The notes under the pieces are model-generated. The model was given only the letters and a program-made list of their open reading frames with translations, made no database searches and had not been told where the DNA came from. Made by a program: the position numbers and the translations under genes. A stretch of DNA of 64,000 bases from Eledone cirrhosa (lineage: Eukaryota). Location of the stretch: positions 17,856,001 through 17,920,000 of the forward strand of contig OZ024749.1 in NCBI GenBank assembly GCA_964016885.1, written 5' to 3'. Shown in pieces: positions 1 to 12,313 of the stretch (position 1 is its first letter; each line of letters begins with the position of its first letter).

Positions 1-556
1 GGGATATTCCAAGGCTATAGTATCCAGAATAAGGACAGGTTGGAAGAAGTTTAGGGAGCTGCTTTCTCTGTTGACAAAGAAGGGTTTCTCCCTGCATACG
101 AAAGGACGGTTATATGATACCTGTGTGAGATGCATGATGCTGCATGGTAGTAAGACATGGGCAGCAACTGCAAAGGATATGCGACGGTTGGAGAGAAATG
201 AAGCAAGCATGCTCTGTTGGATGTACAATGTCAATGTGTGTGAATGACCAAGCATAGACGAGTTGAGAAAGAAACTGGGTATAAGAGGGATAAGTTGTGC
301 TGTGCAAGAGAGAAGACTGAGTTGGTATGGACATGTGATGCGCATGGAGAATGACCCCTGGGTAAAGAAGTGCCAAGAAATCCCAGCAGAAGAGGTAGAC
401 CACGTAAAACATGGGAGGAGGTGGTGAGATAAGACCTCATATCACTGAAACTCACCGAGGAGATGATGGAGAACCGTGACAAGTGGAGAGATGCTGAATA
501 AGACCCATCCCATCCTTGCAAGCAGGGAAAAACGGACGTAAAATGATGATGATGAT
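1..556 (+). mobile_element. RTE-clade non-LTR retrotransposon (LINE), decayed 3' end, copy 1
   Basis: Frame +2 reads GYSKAIVSRIRTGWKKFRELLSLLTKKGFSLHTKGRLYDTCVRCMMLHGSKTWAATAKDMRRLERNEASMLCWM, then stops and frameshifts. This is typical of the RTE post-RT region. It ends in AAAACGGACGTAAAA followed by a (TGA)n tail, and is homologous to 2230-2750. Confidence 0.85.
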
Positions 557-725
557 ATATATATATACTAGTATTCAAGTGTTTATGGAGAGACCGATAA
601 CATTGTTAGAACTCATTGCAGCCTTGAAGAGATGGTTTCAACAAGATCGGGTGGTGAAAGTTATAGTTTTTGTAGAAGAATCTCATCACATAAGGTTCCT
701 TCAAAGATTCCTCTAGAGTTACAGA

Positions 726-1045
726 GTCATTTATATATATGTGTGTGTTTTGAACAATGAAAATAAAACTAGAGACAAGGATATGTTCTTAATTAGTTCA
801 TTGTTTTACTATCATTTCAGAGGTTTGATTGATCATGGTAGATTGATGTATTGACAAACAGGTAGTTGTTATGTCTCTAACTATTTCTAGTCTCAAAATC
901 CCTGATCAATCAATCACACCGAATCAATATATTGATTTACCATAATCAATCAACCCTCTGAAACAATCGTAAACAATGAATCATATCTCAGATTTTTGTT
1001 TTATTTTCAATGTTCAATACCCACAAACACACATATATAATTGAC
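726..1045. mobile_element. Fold-back/MITE-like element with long imperfect terminal inverted repeats
   Basis: ttatatatatgtgtgtgttttgaacaatgaaaataaaac (731) is an imperfect reverse complement of gttttattttcaatgttcaa...acacacatatataa (~998-1040). An inner pair ttcattgttttactatcatttcagaggtttgattgatcatggta / taccataatcaatcaaccctctgaaacaatcgtaaacaatgaa also matches. The ends may extend to ~694 and ~1072. Confidence 0.65.
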
Positions 1046-1146
1046 AATTTCTTTGGAATAATTGATAAAACTTGTGGCTGGAACAAAGTACCAGCCAGGC
1101 AGAGGGTGACCTAGTGGTGAAACAGCACAGTAGATAGAACTATTAA

Positions 1147-1354
1147 CCCTGTAGCATTTACATTACTCTATATTTAGTATTATATTTTCATGGTAAAGTC
1201 TTTATCTCACATAATATTGAATCTATGAGATTTTGAGATTACTTATTTTGAAGACAATACATTAACATCAATATGAGCTGCGAATTACAGCCAGTATGAA
1301 CAGAAGGAGGTGAGAGAATTCTGGCTGGATATGGCCAGTTTAAATGATAAAGGG
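1147..1354. mobile_element. piggyBac-like MITE (208 bp) inserted into the RTE copy
   Basis: TTAA at 1143-1146 and 1355-1358 flanks CCCTGTAGCATTTA...TAAATGATAAAGGG (12/14 inverted match). Removing it plus one TTAA restores the RTE reading DRTIKDK. Confidence 0.85.
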
Positions 1355-1659
1355 TTAAAGATAAGTGACAGGCATGGAAAGACTGGAAAAATAGGGGTAT
1401 CAGACCAGGACCAGGTAGCTAAGAGAGAAGCTAAAAGACAGGTATACATAACACAGAGAGAGGCTGAAAAAAGAAAGTTTGCCAAAGTCTTGAAACGTGA
1501 GAATCAGAGGTGTGAAGTGTTCCACATTGCAAGACAGGGAAAGGTGTTAGAAATGACACTGGTACACTTAGCACCACTGATGCTAAAAAGAAAGAGGCCT
1601 GGAAATGTTACTATGAGAGATTGATGAATGTAGAGAATAAATTAAGAAGCAATCTTAGG

Positions 1660-1732
1660 CTTTTGTTTTCTGTTAATTGTTCAACACACATACACATATA
1701 ATTGACATTCTCTTTGGAATTACTGATGAAAC
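1660..1732. mobile_element. Partial second copy of the right end of the 726-1045 fold-back element
   Basis: ttttgttttctgttaattgttcaacacacatacacatataattgacattctctttggaattactgatgaaac resembles ~994-1072 (…acacacatatataattgacaatttctttggaataattgataaaac). It sits where the N-terminal part of the RT is missing. Confidence 0.55.
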
Positions 1733-2122
1733 TTGTTAGTGACACAACTACAAGAGAAGATCCTAGCCAAGATTAAGCTGCAATATTTAAATTTTATAGA
1801 TCTAGAAAAGGCCTTTGGCAGAGTACCTTACTCTGTTATCTGGTGGGCCTTCAGAAATTTAGGTGTAGAAGAATGGCTTGTGAGAGCAGTGCAAGCCATG
1901 TACAGAGGAGCTGTCAGTAAAGTGAGAGTAGGAAGGGAGTTTAGTGAGGAATTCAATGTACAGGTAGGTGTTCATCATGGTTCAGTTCACAACCCACTGT
2001 TGTTCATCATAGTTCTCCAGGCCATAACCAATGGGTTTAAGACTGGCTGCTCACGGGAAACAGTCTATGTGAATGATCTGGTCCTTATAACTGACTCCAT
2101 AAAAGAACTAGAGAATAAGTGA
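1733..2122 (+). pseudogene. RTE reverse transcriptase fragment
   Basis: LVTQLQEK..FIDLEKAFGRVP..IWWA.R.LGVEEWLVRAVQAMY..VRVG..SEEFNVQVGVHHGSVHNPLLFIIVL; the catalytic YADD motif is degraded to YVND. Confidence 0.9.
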
Positions 2123-2814
2123 CCCTACTGCATATGTAGAAAAGGAGTAGGCATAAACTGTACACAATGATAGCTTCCGCTATCTAAGTAACCTAATTAG
2201 CAGCGGAGGAGGGTGCTTCGTAAGAGAGGATAGGATTGAAGTTTAGAGAGCTACTTCCACTGTTGGCAAATAAAGTTTCTCCCTACATACAAAAATGTTG
2301 GCTGTACAATGCCTATGTGTAAAGTGCAATATTGCATGGAAGTGACACATGGGCAGTAACTGCAGAAGACATGCATAAGCTGGAGAGAAATGGAGCAACC
2401 ATGCTTCGCTGGATGTGCAACGTAAATGTGAGAGGAAGGCAGAGCTTGGATAAAATGAGGAAGAAATTGAACTTCAGAGGAAACCGAAGTGGTGTGCAAG
2501 AGAGAAGACTGCTTTGGTAGGGATATGATATATGCATGGATGGTGATCGCTGGTTAAAGTGCCAGGGAATACCAGAGGAGGGAAGCCATACTAGAGGTAG
2601 ACCAGGGTACATGTAGTGAGAGCTGATCTCAAATTGTTGAGACTCACACAGAAAATGACGAAGGAACAAGCGAGTGGGGAGATGTGCTTAAAAGGACCCA
2701 TCCAACCCATGCCAGAATTGAAAAACGGACGTAAAACTATGATGATGATGTAGATGAAGTAAATTAAATCAAAATTGATTTAGACTAAAACGAACAAAAC
2801 TTCCCTGAAACAAG

Positions 2815-3014
2815 AAGGTACAGCTAAATATAAACTATATTTTATAATGTAAGGTAGTAAACCACATAATTAAATAGACGGAGGTAATTTAAATAATATA
2901 AATATCTTTAATTTACTTAAAGCAATAACAAGGTACAGCTAAATATAAAATATATTTTATAATGTAAGGTAGTGAACAAGATAATTAAATAGAAAGAAGT
3001 AATTTAAATAATAA
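2815..3014. repeat. Imperfect tandem duplication, period 115 bp
   Basis: aaggtacagctaaatataaa(c/a)tatattttataatgtaaggtagt... occurs at 2815 and 2930. Confidence 0.85.
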
Positions 3015-3702
3015 AGACAGTCATGATAACAATATATTTTATATCACATATAACAGTGGAATCTGGTTAATTACTGGATAGTTGTAGGGTTCACATAATT
3101 ATATTATTTACACACATTAATATAGACATTAAGTAAATCTTTGTCAACTTACCTCCTTCAGATATAATCAATGTGTTGTGTTGTTAGTTTTTACTGAACA
3201 AAGAAATAATCTCTTTGTTATCAAATTATAAGTTTCAAAGATGTTATCAGCTTTATTTCACGACATTAACGTTGCTGTATCTTCTTCATCTTTAGTCATG
3301 AATTGATATCTTGTCAGAATGAAGTAGTGAGGCTGACTTTATGTCTTTAGCTACAGATTTGATAGGAAATATATATATATTAGGTTGATATGTGGTCTAA
3401 AATATATATATTGTCTATAATTGACTGATAGCAGATGTTCTGGTGAAATAGTAGTTTTACTACTACAGATTGTAATGGAACCCTTAGTAGACACAATTGT
3501 AAAGTAAGAATAGATATGACAGTGTAAGACTGATGTCGGGGAAAGAAAATTTTGTCTATAAATATAATTGTTACACAAGATATAATTAGATTAATTAAAG
3601 TTATAATGAAGACAGCATGTACCTGGTGTCGTTGGTAATGTTTCAATTGTTGTACCGGTGTCATACGTTAGAAGTCCCTGATATAATTTAATATCTTCAG
3701 AC

Positions 3703-3838
3703 ACAGTTCCAATCGTATTTAATTGATTGTCAATCAGAAAGTATCATTCAGTAAAATATCAATTATATATCAATAAGAAAACCTGTACGTAGACTTTCTA
3801 ACTGCTAGAAATAGCAGCGATATTATCCAATACAACTG

Positions 3839-3911
<73 letters not shown>

Positions 3912-5060
3912 GATAAATCTACCAAGAGTTTACGGTAGTGTCCAATCCGTATGAAGAACTCAATGTATTCCGGATATCATGGGTAGAAGAGATGTAATGA
4001 AAATCCACTTTCGGTGAAAGATAAACGGTATACAGAGTCAAGATAAAATATTAAACAAATAATGAACAAACAATTCCTTATATTAAACAAAAAAAGCTCA
4101 CTATTTAACGATCGTTTCTAGGGTATATATGTGTTATAATTGGTATGCATATTCAACAGATCTATGTACAAAATTATACAAAATTATACAAATTATCAAG
4201 ATTAAATATACATACCCAACACATATATACGCCGTCTTCAGAAATAATGAAGTATATTTATTGATAATAACAACAATTCAAAATATCAGTTCAAAATTGA
4301 CCAATGAAAACACAAAGGGTTAAAAGCAGTTTGGTGTGTGTATATACATGTAAAATCCTTACACATATTTTACAATAATGTGTGTATAATTTGTATGTGC
4401 ATACTAAAAAGATGGATGCAAACACAAAATTTCAAGGTTAATATCTCTGTAAGCTTAATGCGCTGATAAGATGCGCAATGATACTTATGGAGTCAAGCAT
4501 ATAAATATATTTTTTTCATACTCACACATATCAGTATAATCACACATACATGCGCGTATATGCATAAATATACACATAACCACGAACATACAAACACACA
4601 CACTCCCCCACTCACATTTATATATGTGGATATAAAATCATAAGCAAATAGAAATTAAGTCACTCACATAAAACACTGGCACACACATTTCAAGATCAAG
4701 ATACAGAAATTAGGTGGGAGGGGGGGGGAGGGGTCAGTATTAGATTGTCAGAGCAGACTGCCTAATATAAATGTATCTATAACTTAAGAAAAATAAAAAA
4801 ATAAAAACAATAAAATATAATAAATAAAATATAATGTACATACACATACAGATATACATACACATACATACATGTACGCGCACATAGAGATATTTACGCA
4901 TACACACATACACACATACGTATACAGTCATACACACACATACACTTACACGAACATACACATACACATATAAAAAGATATATATACACACACGCACACA
5001 CGCGCAACACATACACACATACACATATATATAAAAAATAGATAATAAAGATATATATCC

Positions 5061-5145
<85 letters not shown>

Positions 5146-5234
5146 TATACACATACATACCCATACATCTAAATATACATACACATACATACACACATAC
5201 ATGCATATACATGTACATACATATACGCACATCG

Positions 5235-5288
<54 letters not shown>

Positions 5289-5332
5289 TCACATAGACAT
5301 AAAGATACATACACACACAACTTACATACACA

Positions 5333-5366
<34 letters not shown>

Positions 5367-5632
5367 TGTACCTTCATACATAGAATTAGATATATAATCA
5401 TACATACATATGCACCTACTTATACTCATATAAATAAATACATACGCTTCCATATATGTGTATACACATAAAAAAAAAAACCACCTCACCAAACTCAGAC
5501 ATACAAATGAAAATAATAATAAAAAAACGCATATGTATATACATACACACACGCATTAATAGAGAGATATATATATACACACATACATACACACACATAT
5601 ATATACATACACACACATATACATACACATAC

Positions 5633-5685
<53 letters not shown>

Positions 5686-5695
5686 TAGACTCATA

Positions 5696-5727
<32 letters not shown>

Positions 5728-6003
5728 AACATATATATCTACACACTCATACCACCATAAATACACATACAAACACCCACATGTATATATATATATATAT
5801 ATCCACATACACACACGTACACATATATATATATACACATATACACATACATATATATATATACACACACATAAAAAACAGACATGCACATATACATATA
5901 TATATATATATTTCATTACTCTTATACATACACATAGTATATATACATACACAACCTCACTTATACACATATACACATAAGTTATATTACAATAATAATA
6001 AAG

Positions 6004-6046
<43 letters not shown>

Positions 6047-6201
6047 TACATATATATATATATATACATACATACATACACACACACACATACACATAAA
6101 TATATACATACATAAATACACACATACGAATAAAGACATATATTCACACATAGACACCTATATACATATATATATATATATATATATCTATATATATATA
6201 T

Positions 6202-6232
<31 letters not shown>

Positions 6233-8037
6233 CACATACACACACACACACACACACAGACACACATACACATTCACATATATATATATATATATATGTG
6301 TATGTGAGTGTGCGCACATACACATATATACACACACACATACAAACACACACAAACACATACATATGCATACGTGCACACACACACACATATATCACAT
6401 AGATACGAAGATAAACATATAAATAGAGAGACATACAAATATATACACAACACATATACACATACATACATACACGCTTATACATATACATACATATATA
6501 CACATATATATATTCCTATATACAAGCATACACATACATACACACATATACATATACATACACATATACATATCACACATTCACATACACATACATATAT
6601 AATATACATATATATACATATATATACATACATATGTATGTACAATCATATATACACACTCAATCTTACATTCATATTTACATGCTCATATATGTATTTT
6701 TATATTTAGAAATAAATACCAAAACCTATATAGACACCCACCTACATATACATTCATACATATACGCTTACAAATACAGATGATAATAGTATGGGGGAAA
6801 AGGGGGGGTTTGGAGAAGGGGATCAAAGTAAATATATGTTTCAAGAAACATATAATATTTTCCGTATCTTAATTCAATGTATGTTCTTACATATTTTCAG
6901 TGCTAAGAAATACGAAATCTATGCATCTCAAAATAAATAAGTATACCATTAATCATATGTTAACTAAACCAAAGATAGTCAACATATTGATTTCTAAGGT
7001 GTAAATTAGTTAGGTTTATAATATTTGAAGCAGAATTATGAAGTCAAACAGTAGTAGATTATTAATTACATTATAACTAAATTAAAGTTAATAACGTTAT
7101 GGTATCAATATTAGGAGATGAATTTAGTAATAGGGAAAAGAAACTCAAATAAAAATAAAATAAAGTATTACATCGGTAGTAGCATATAAATTATATGTTA
7201 ACTAAATTAAAAATTATATATTTATTTCAATAGTATACGTTAATTAGTATATGTTAATTAGGTATACAATACATAAAGCAGATATTGTATTTCATCAATA
7301 GCATAATATAATTATATGCAAATAAAAATCAAAATTAATACGCATACACATACATATACATACACATACACATATACATACATATACACACATATATATA
7401 TATATATATACATATATATACACACATATACATATATACACACATAAATATACATACAGATACACATACACAACACACACATATACATATACATATACAT
7501 ATACATATCTTTTTCAAAAAATTGCACAGAATATATTAACTAGGTATATATCCAAAACACATCCCATTCTATGATTACATGACATTCTGCAATTCGTCTG
7601 TACAAGGATACTAATTTTAAGCAAATTAAAATTAAAGTTTTAGGTTGATTAAAACTAAAACCAAATAATAAATATATTTCCAAAATGTATATTAATTAGG
7701 TCTATAATACTAAAAATTCTTTCTCCGTCATTGGATACATGATATTATTTTGTTATATTTTATCTGTAAAAGAATTATAATAAAAAGGTTTAAATAAATT
7801 AAAATAAATTAAAATTAATCTATAAATTAAATTACTGAGTATATATTAGTAATATTTAAAGGTTTTTCAAAATTTATGATTACATAATATTTTCTCATCT
7901 GTAATAAAATATTAATTAAATTAAATTTATAGGTTAACTAACATTTAAATTAAATTAATTTCTAGAATAATGTTATTAATTAGGTTTATAATATTTAAAT
8001 GTTTTTTTTAGTTTATGATTACACGATATAATTAATT
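3703..8037 (-). repeat. Left arm of giant inverted repeat (inverted pseudo-LTR of Naiad element A plus outer flank)
   Basis: Near-perfect reverse complement of 8283-12449; mirror ORFs 4129..4323/11987..12181 and 7312..7527/8793..9008 are identical. Differences are mostly microsatellite length, plus 3909-4042, which is present only in this arm. Confidence 0.95.
4097..4251 (-). ncRNA. Type I hammerhead ribozyme motif (mirror copy)
   Basis: Reverse complement of 12059-12213. Confidence 0.75.
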
Positions 8038-8105
8038 ACACGATATAATTAATACAATTACACGATATAATTAATACAATTAATTACACGATATAATTAA
8101 TACAA
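8019..8105. repeat. Four reiterated copies of ttacacgatataattaat at the inversion junction
   Basis: Copies start at 8019, 8036, 8058 and 8084; the last three are followed by acaa, the first bases of the coding fragment. Confidence 0.9.
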
Positions 8106-8344
8106 CATCTCTAGCAGAAAAAATCAATAGTTATAAAAATAAAAATATAAAATATGATTTGACCTGGAGTGTGCTCAAAAGAGCCACCCCTTATCAAAAT
8201 AATAGAAAGGAATGTAGATTATGTTCCCAAGAACTATTTGAAATAATGAAGTCTAAGGATATCTTATTAAATAAACGACAGGAATTAATTATATCGTGTA
8301 ATCATAAACTAAAAAAAACATTTAAATATTATAAACCTAATTAA
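8102..8344 (+). pseudogene. C-terminal GIY-YIG endonuclease fragment of a Penelope-like (Naiad-type) retroelement
   Basis: TTSLAEKINSYKNKNIKYDLTWSVLKRATPYQNNRKECRLCSQELFEIMKSKDILLNKRQELIISCNHKLKKTFKYYKPN*. It shows the W-S-h-L..A.PY..CxLCxxE..LNKRxEh..SCxH pattern, also seen at 14236-14490. Confidence 0.85.
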
Positions 8345-10271
8345 TAACATTATTCTAGAAATTAATTTAATTTAAATGTTAGTTAACCTATAAATTTAAT
8401 TTAATTAATATTTTATTACAGATGAGAAAATATTATGTAATCATAAATTTTGAAAAACCTTTAAATATTACTAATATATACTCAGTAATTTAATTTATAG
8501 ATTAATTTTAATTTATTTTAATTTATTTAAACCTTTTTATTATAATTCTTTTACAGATAAAATATAACAAAATAATATCATGTATCCAATGACGGAGAAA
8601 GAATTTTTAGTATTATAGACCTAATTAATATACATTTTGGAAATATATTTATTATTTGGTTTTAGTTTTAATCAACCTAAAACTTTAATTTTAATTTGCT
8701 TAAAATTAGTATCCTTGTACAGACGAATTGCAGAATGTCATGTAATCATAGAATGGGATGTGTTTTGGATATATACCTAGTTAATATATTCTGTGCAATT
8801 TTTTGAAAAAGATATGTATATGTATATGTATATGTATATGTGTGTGTTGTGTATGTGTATCTGTATGTATATTTATGTGTGTATATATGTATATGTGTGT
8901 ATATATATGTATATATATATATATATATGTGTGTATATGTATGTATATGTGTATGTGTATGTATATGTATGTGTATGCGTATTAATTTTGATTTTTATTT
9001 GCATATAATTATATTATGCTATTGATGAAATACAATATCTGCTTTATGTATTGTATACCTAATTAACATATACTAATTAACGTATACTATTGAAATAAAT
9101 ATATAATTTTTAATTTAGTTAACATATAATTTATATGCTACTACCGATGTAATACTTTATTTTATTTTTATTTGAGTTTCTTTTCCCTATTACTAAATTC
9201 ATCTCCTAATATTGATACCATAACGTTATTAACTTTAATTTAGTTATAATGTAATTAATAATCTACTACTGTTTGACTTCATAATTCTGCTTCAAATATT
9301 ATAAACCTAACTAATTTACACCTTAGAAATCAATATGTTGACTATCTTTGGTTTAGTTAACATATGATTAATGGTATACTTATTTATTTTGAGATGCATA
9401 GATTTCGTATTTCTTAGCACTGAAAATATGTAAGAACATACATTGAATTAAGATACGGAAAATATTATATGTTTCTTGAAACATATATTTACTTTGATCC
9501 CCTTCTCCAAACCCCCCCTTTTCCCCCATACTATTATCATCTGTATTTGTAAGCGTATATGTATGAATGTATATGTAGGTGGGTGTCTATATAGGTTTTG
9601 GTATTTATTTCTAAATATAAAAATACATATATGAGCATGTAAATATGAATGTAAGATTGAGTGTGTATATATGATTGTACATACATATGTATGTATATAT
9701 ATGTATATATATGTATATTATATATGTATGTGTATGTGAATGTGTGATATGTATATGTGTATGTATATGTATATGTGTGTATGTATGTGTATGCTTGTAT
9801 ATAGGAATATATATATGTGTATATATGTATGTATATGTATAAGCGTGTATGTATGTATGTGTATATGTGTTGTGTATATATTTGTATGTCTCTCTATTTA
9901 TATGTTTATCTTCGTATCTATGTGATATATGTGTGTGTGTGTGCACGTATGCATATGTATGTGTTTGTGTGTGTTTGTATGTGTGTGTGTATATATGTGT
10001 ATGTGCGCACACTCACATACACATATATATATATATATATATGTGAATGTGTATGTGTGTCTGTGTGTGTGTGTGTGTGTGTATGTGTATATATATATAT
10101 ATATATATGTATGTATATATATATATATAGATATATATATATATATATATATGTATATAGGTGTCTATGTGTGAATATATGTCTTTATTCGTATGTGTGT
10201 ATTTATGTATGTATATATTTATGTGTATGTGTGTGTGTGTATGTATGTATGTATATATATATATATATGTA

Positions 10272-10312
<41 letters not shown>

Positions 10313-10588
10313 CTTTATTATTATTGTAATATAACTTATGTGTATATGTGTATAAGTGAGCTTGTGTATGTATATATACTATGTGTATGTATAAGAGTAA
10401 TGAAATATATATATATATATGTATATGTGCATGTCTGTTTTTTATGTGTGTGTATATATATATATGTATGTGTATATGTGTATATATATATATGTGTACG
10501 TGTGTGTATGTGGATATATATATATATATATACATGTGGGTGTTTGTATGTGTATTTATGGTGGTATGAGTGTGTAGATATATATGTT

Positions 10589-10620
<32 letters not shown>

Positions 10621-10630
10621 TATGAGTCTA

Positions 10631-10683
<53 letters not shown>

Positions 10684-11024
10684 GTATGTGTATGTATATG
10701 TGTGTGTATGTATATATATGTGTGTGTATGTATGTGTGTATATATATATATCTCTATTAATGCGTGTGTGTATGTATATACATATGCGTTTTTTTATTAT
10801 TATTTTCATTTGTATGTCTGAGTTTGGTGAGGTGGTTTTTTTTTTATGTGTATACACATATATGGAAGCGTATGTATTTATTTATATGAGTATAAGTAGG
10901 TGCATATGTATGTATGATTATATATCTAATTCTATGTATGAAGGTACATCTATATATATATATATATATATATATATGCGTGTGTATGTAAGTTGTGTGT
11001 GTATGTATCTTTATGTCTATGTGA

Positions 11025-11078
<54 letters not shown>

Positions 11079-11167
11079 CGATGTGCGTATATGTATGTAC
11101 ATGTATATGCATGTATGTGTGTATGTATGTGTATGTATATTTAGATGTATGGGTATGTATGTGTATA

Positions 11168-11248
<81 letters not shown>

Positions 11249-12264
11249 GGATATATATCTTTATTATCTATTTTTTATATATATGTGTATGTGTGTATGT
11301 GTTGCGCGTGTGTGCGTGTGTGTATATATATCTTTTTATATGTGTATGTGTATGTTCGTGTAAGTGTATGTGTGTGTATGACTGTATACGTATGTGTGTA
11401 TGTGTGTATGCGTAAATATCTCTATGTGCGCGTACATGTATGTATGTGTATGTATATCTGTATGTGTATGTACATTATATTTTATTTATTATATTTTATT
11501 GTTTTTATTTTTTTATTTTTCTTAAGTTATAGATACATTTATATTAGGCAGTCTGCTCTGACAATCTAATACTGACCCCTCCCCCCCCCCTCCCACCTAA
11601 TTTCTGTATCTTGATCTTGAAATGTGTGTGCCAGTGTTTTATGTGAGTGACTTAATTTCTATTTGCTTATGATTTTATATCCACATATATAAATGTGAGT
11701 GGGGGAGTGTGTGTGTTTGTATGTTCGTGGTTATGTGTATATTTATGCATATACGCGCATGTATGTGTGATTATACTGATATGTGTGAGTATGAAAAAAA
11801 TATATTTATATGCTTGACTCCATAAGTATCATTGCGCATCTTATCAGCGCATTAAGCTTACAGAGATATTAACCTTGAAATTTTGTGTTTGCATCCATCT
11901 TTTTAGTATGCACATACAAATTATACACACATTATTGTAAAATATGTGTAAGGATTTTACATGTATATACACACACCAAACTGCTTTTAACCCTTTGTGT
12001 TTTCATTGGTCAATTTTGAACTGATATTTTGAATTGTTGTTATTATCAATAAATATACTTCATTATTTCTGAAGACGGCGTATATATGTGTTGGGTATGT
12101 ATATTTAATCTTGATAATTTGTATAATTTTGTATAATTTTGTACATAGATCTGTTGAATATGCATACCAATTATAACACATATATACCCTAGAAACGATC
12201 GTTAAATAGTGAGCTTTTTTTGTTTAATATAAGGAATTGTTTGTTCATTATTTGTTTAATATTT

Positions 12265-12313
<49 letters not shown>

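Larger units (their letters stand above)
1073..2750 (+). mobile_element. RTE-clade LINE, decayed and interrupted copy 2 (linker, RT and 3' end)
   Basis: Fragments read CGWNKVPARQRVT*W*NSTVDRTI..KDK*QAWKDWK, then AKREAKRQVY..AEKRKF, then RT motifs (1733-2122), then MHGSDTWAVTAEDMHKLERNGATMLRWMC. It has the same 3' terminus as copy 1: aaaacggacgtaaaac + (TGA)n at ~2722-2750. Confidence 0.85.
8102..12267 (+). mobile_element. Penelope-like (Naiad-type) element A, 5'-truncated, with ~3.9 kb microsatellite-rich 3' region/pLTR
   Basis: Endonuclease C-terminus, long (TA/TG)-rich 3' region, hammerhead motif near the end, termination in a (TA)n tract, and an upstream inverted copy of the 3' region. 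Confidence 0.75.

Noticed and set aside
110-2669. Minus-strand ORFs 110-412, 231-578, 1285-1485, 2251-2499 and 2313-2669
   Set aside because: Antisense shadows of the plus-strand RTE fragments.
3147-3680. Possible minus-strand host exons (gtaagt donor at ~3152; 55-bp AG..GT segment at ~3623-3677 reading GLLTYDTGTTIETLPTTP)
   Set aside because: The larger candidate has stops in all three frames and neither resembles a recognisable protein; unsupported without RNA-seq.
4740-11569. Long YIYI/CVCV ORFs, including the 458-aa ORF at 10193-11569
   Set aside because: They are translations of TA/TG/CA microsatellites, which lack stop codons, and contain no protein motifs.
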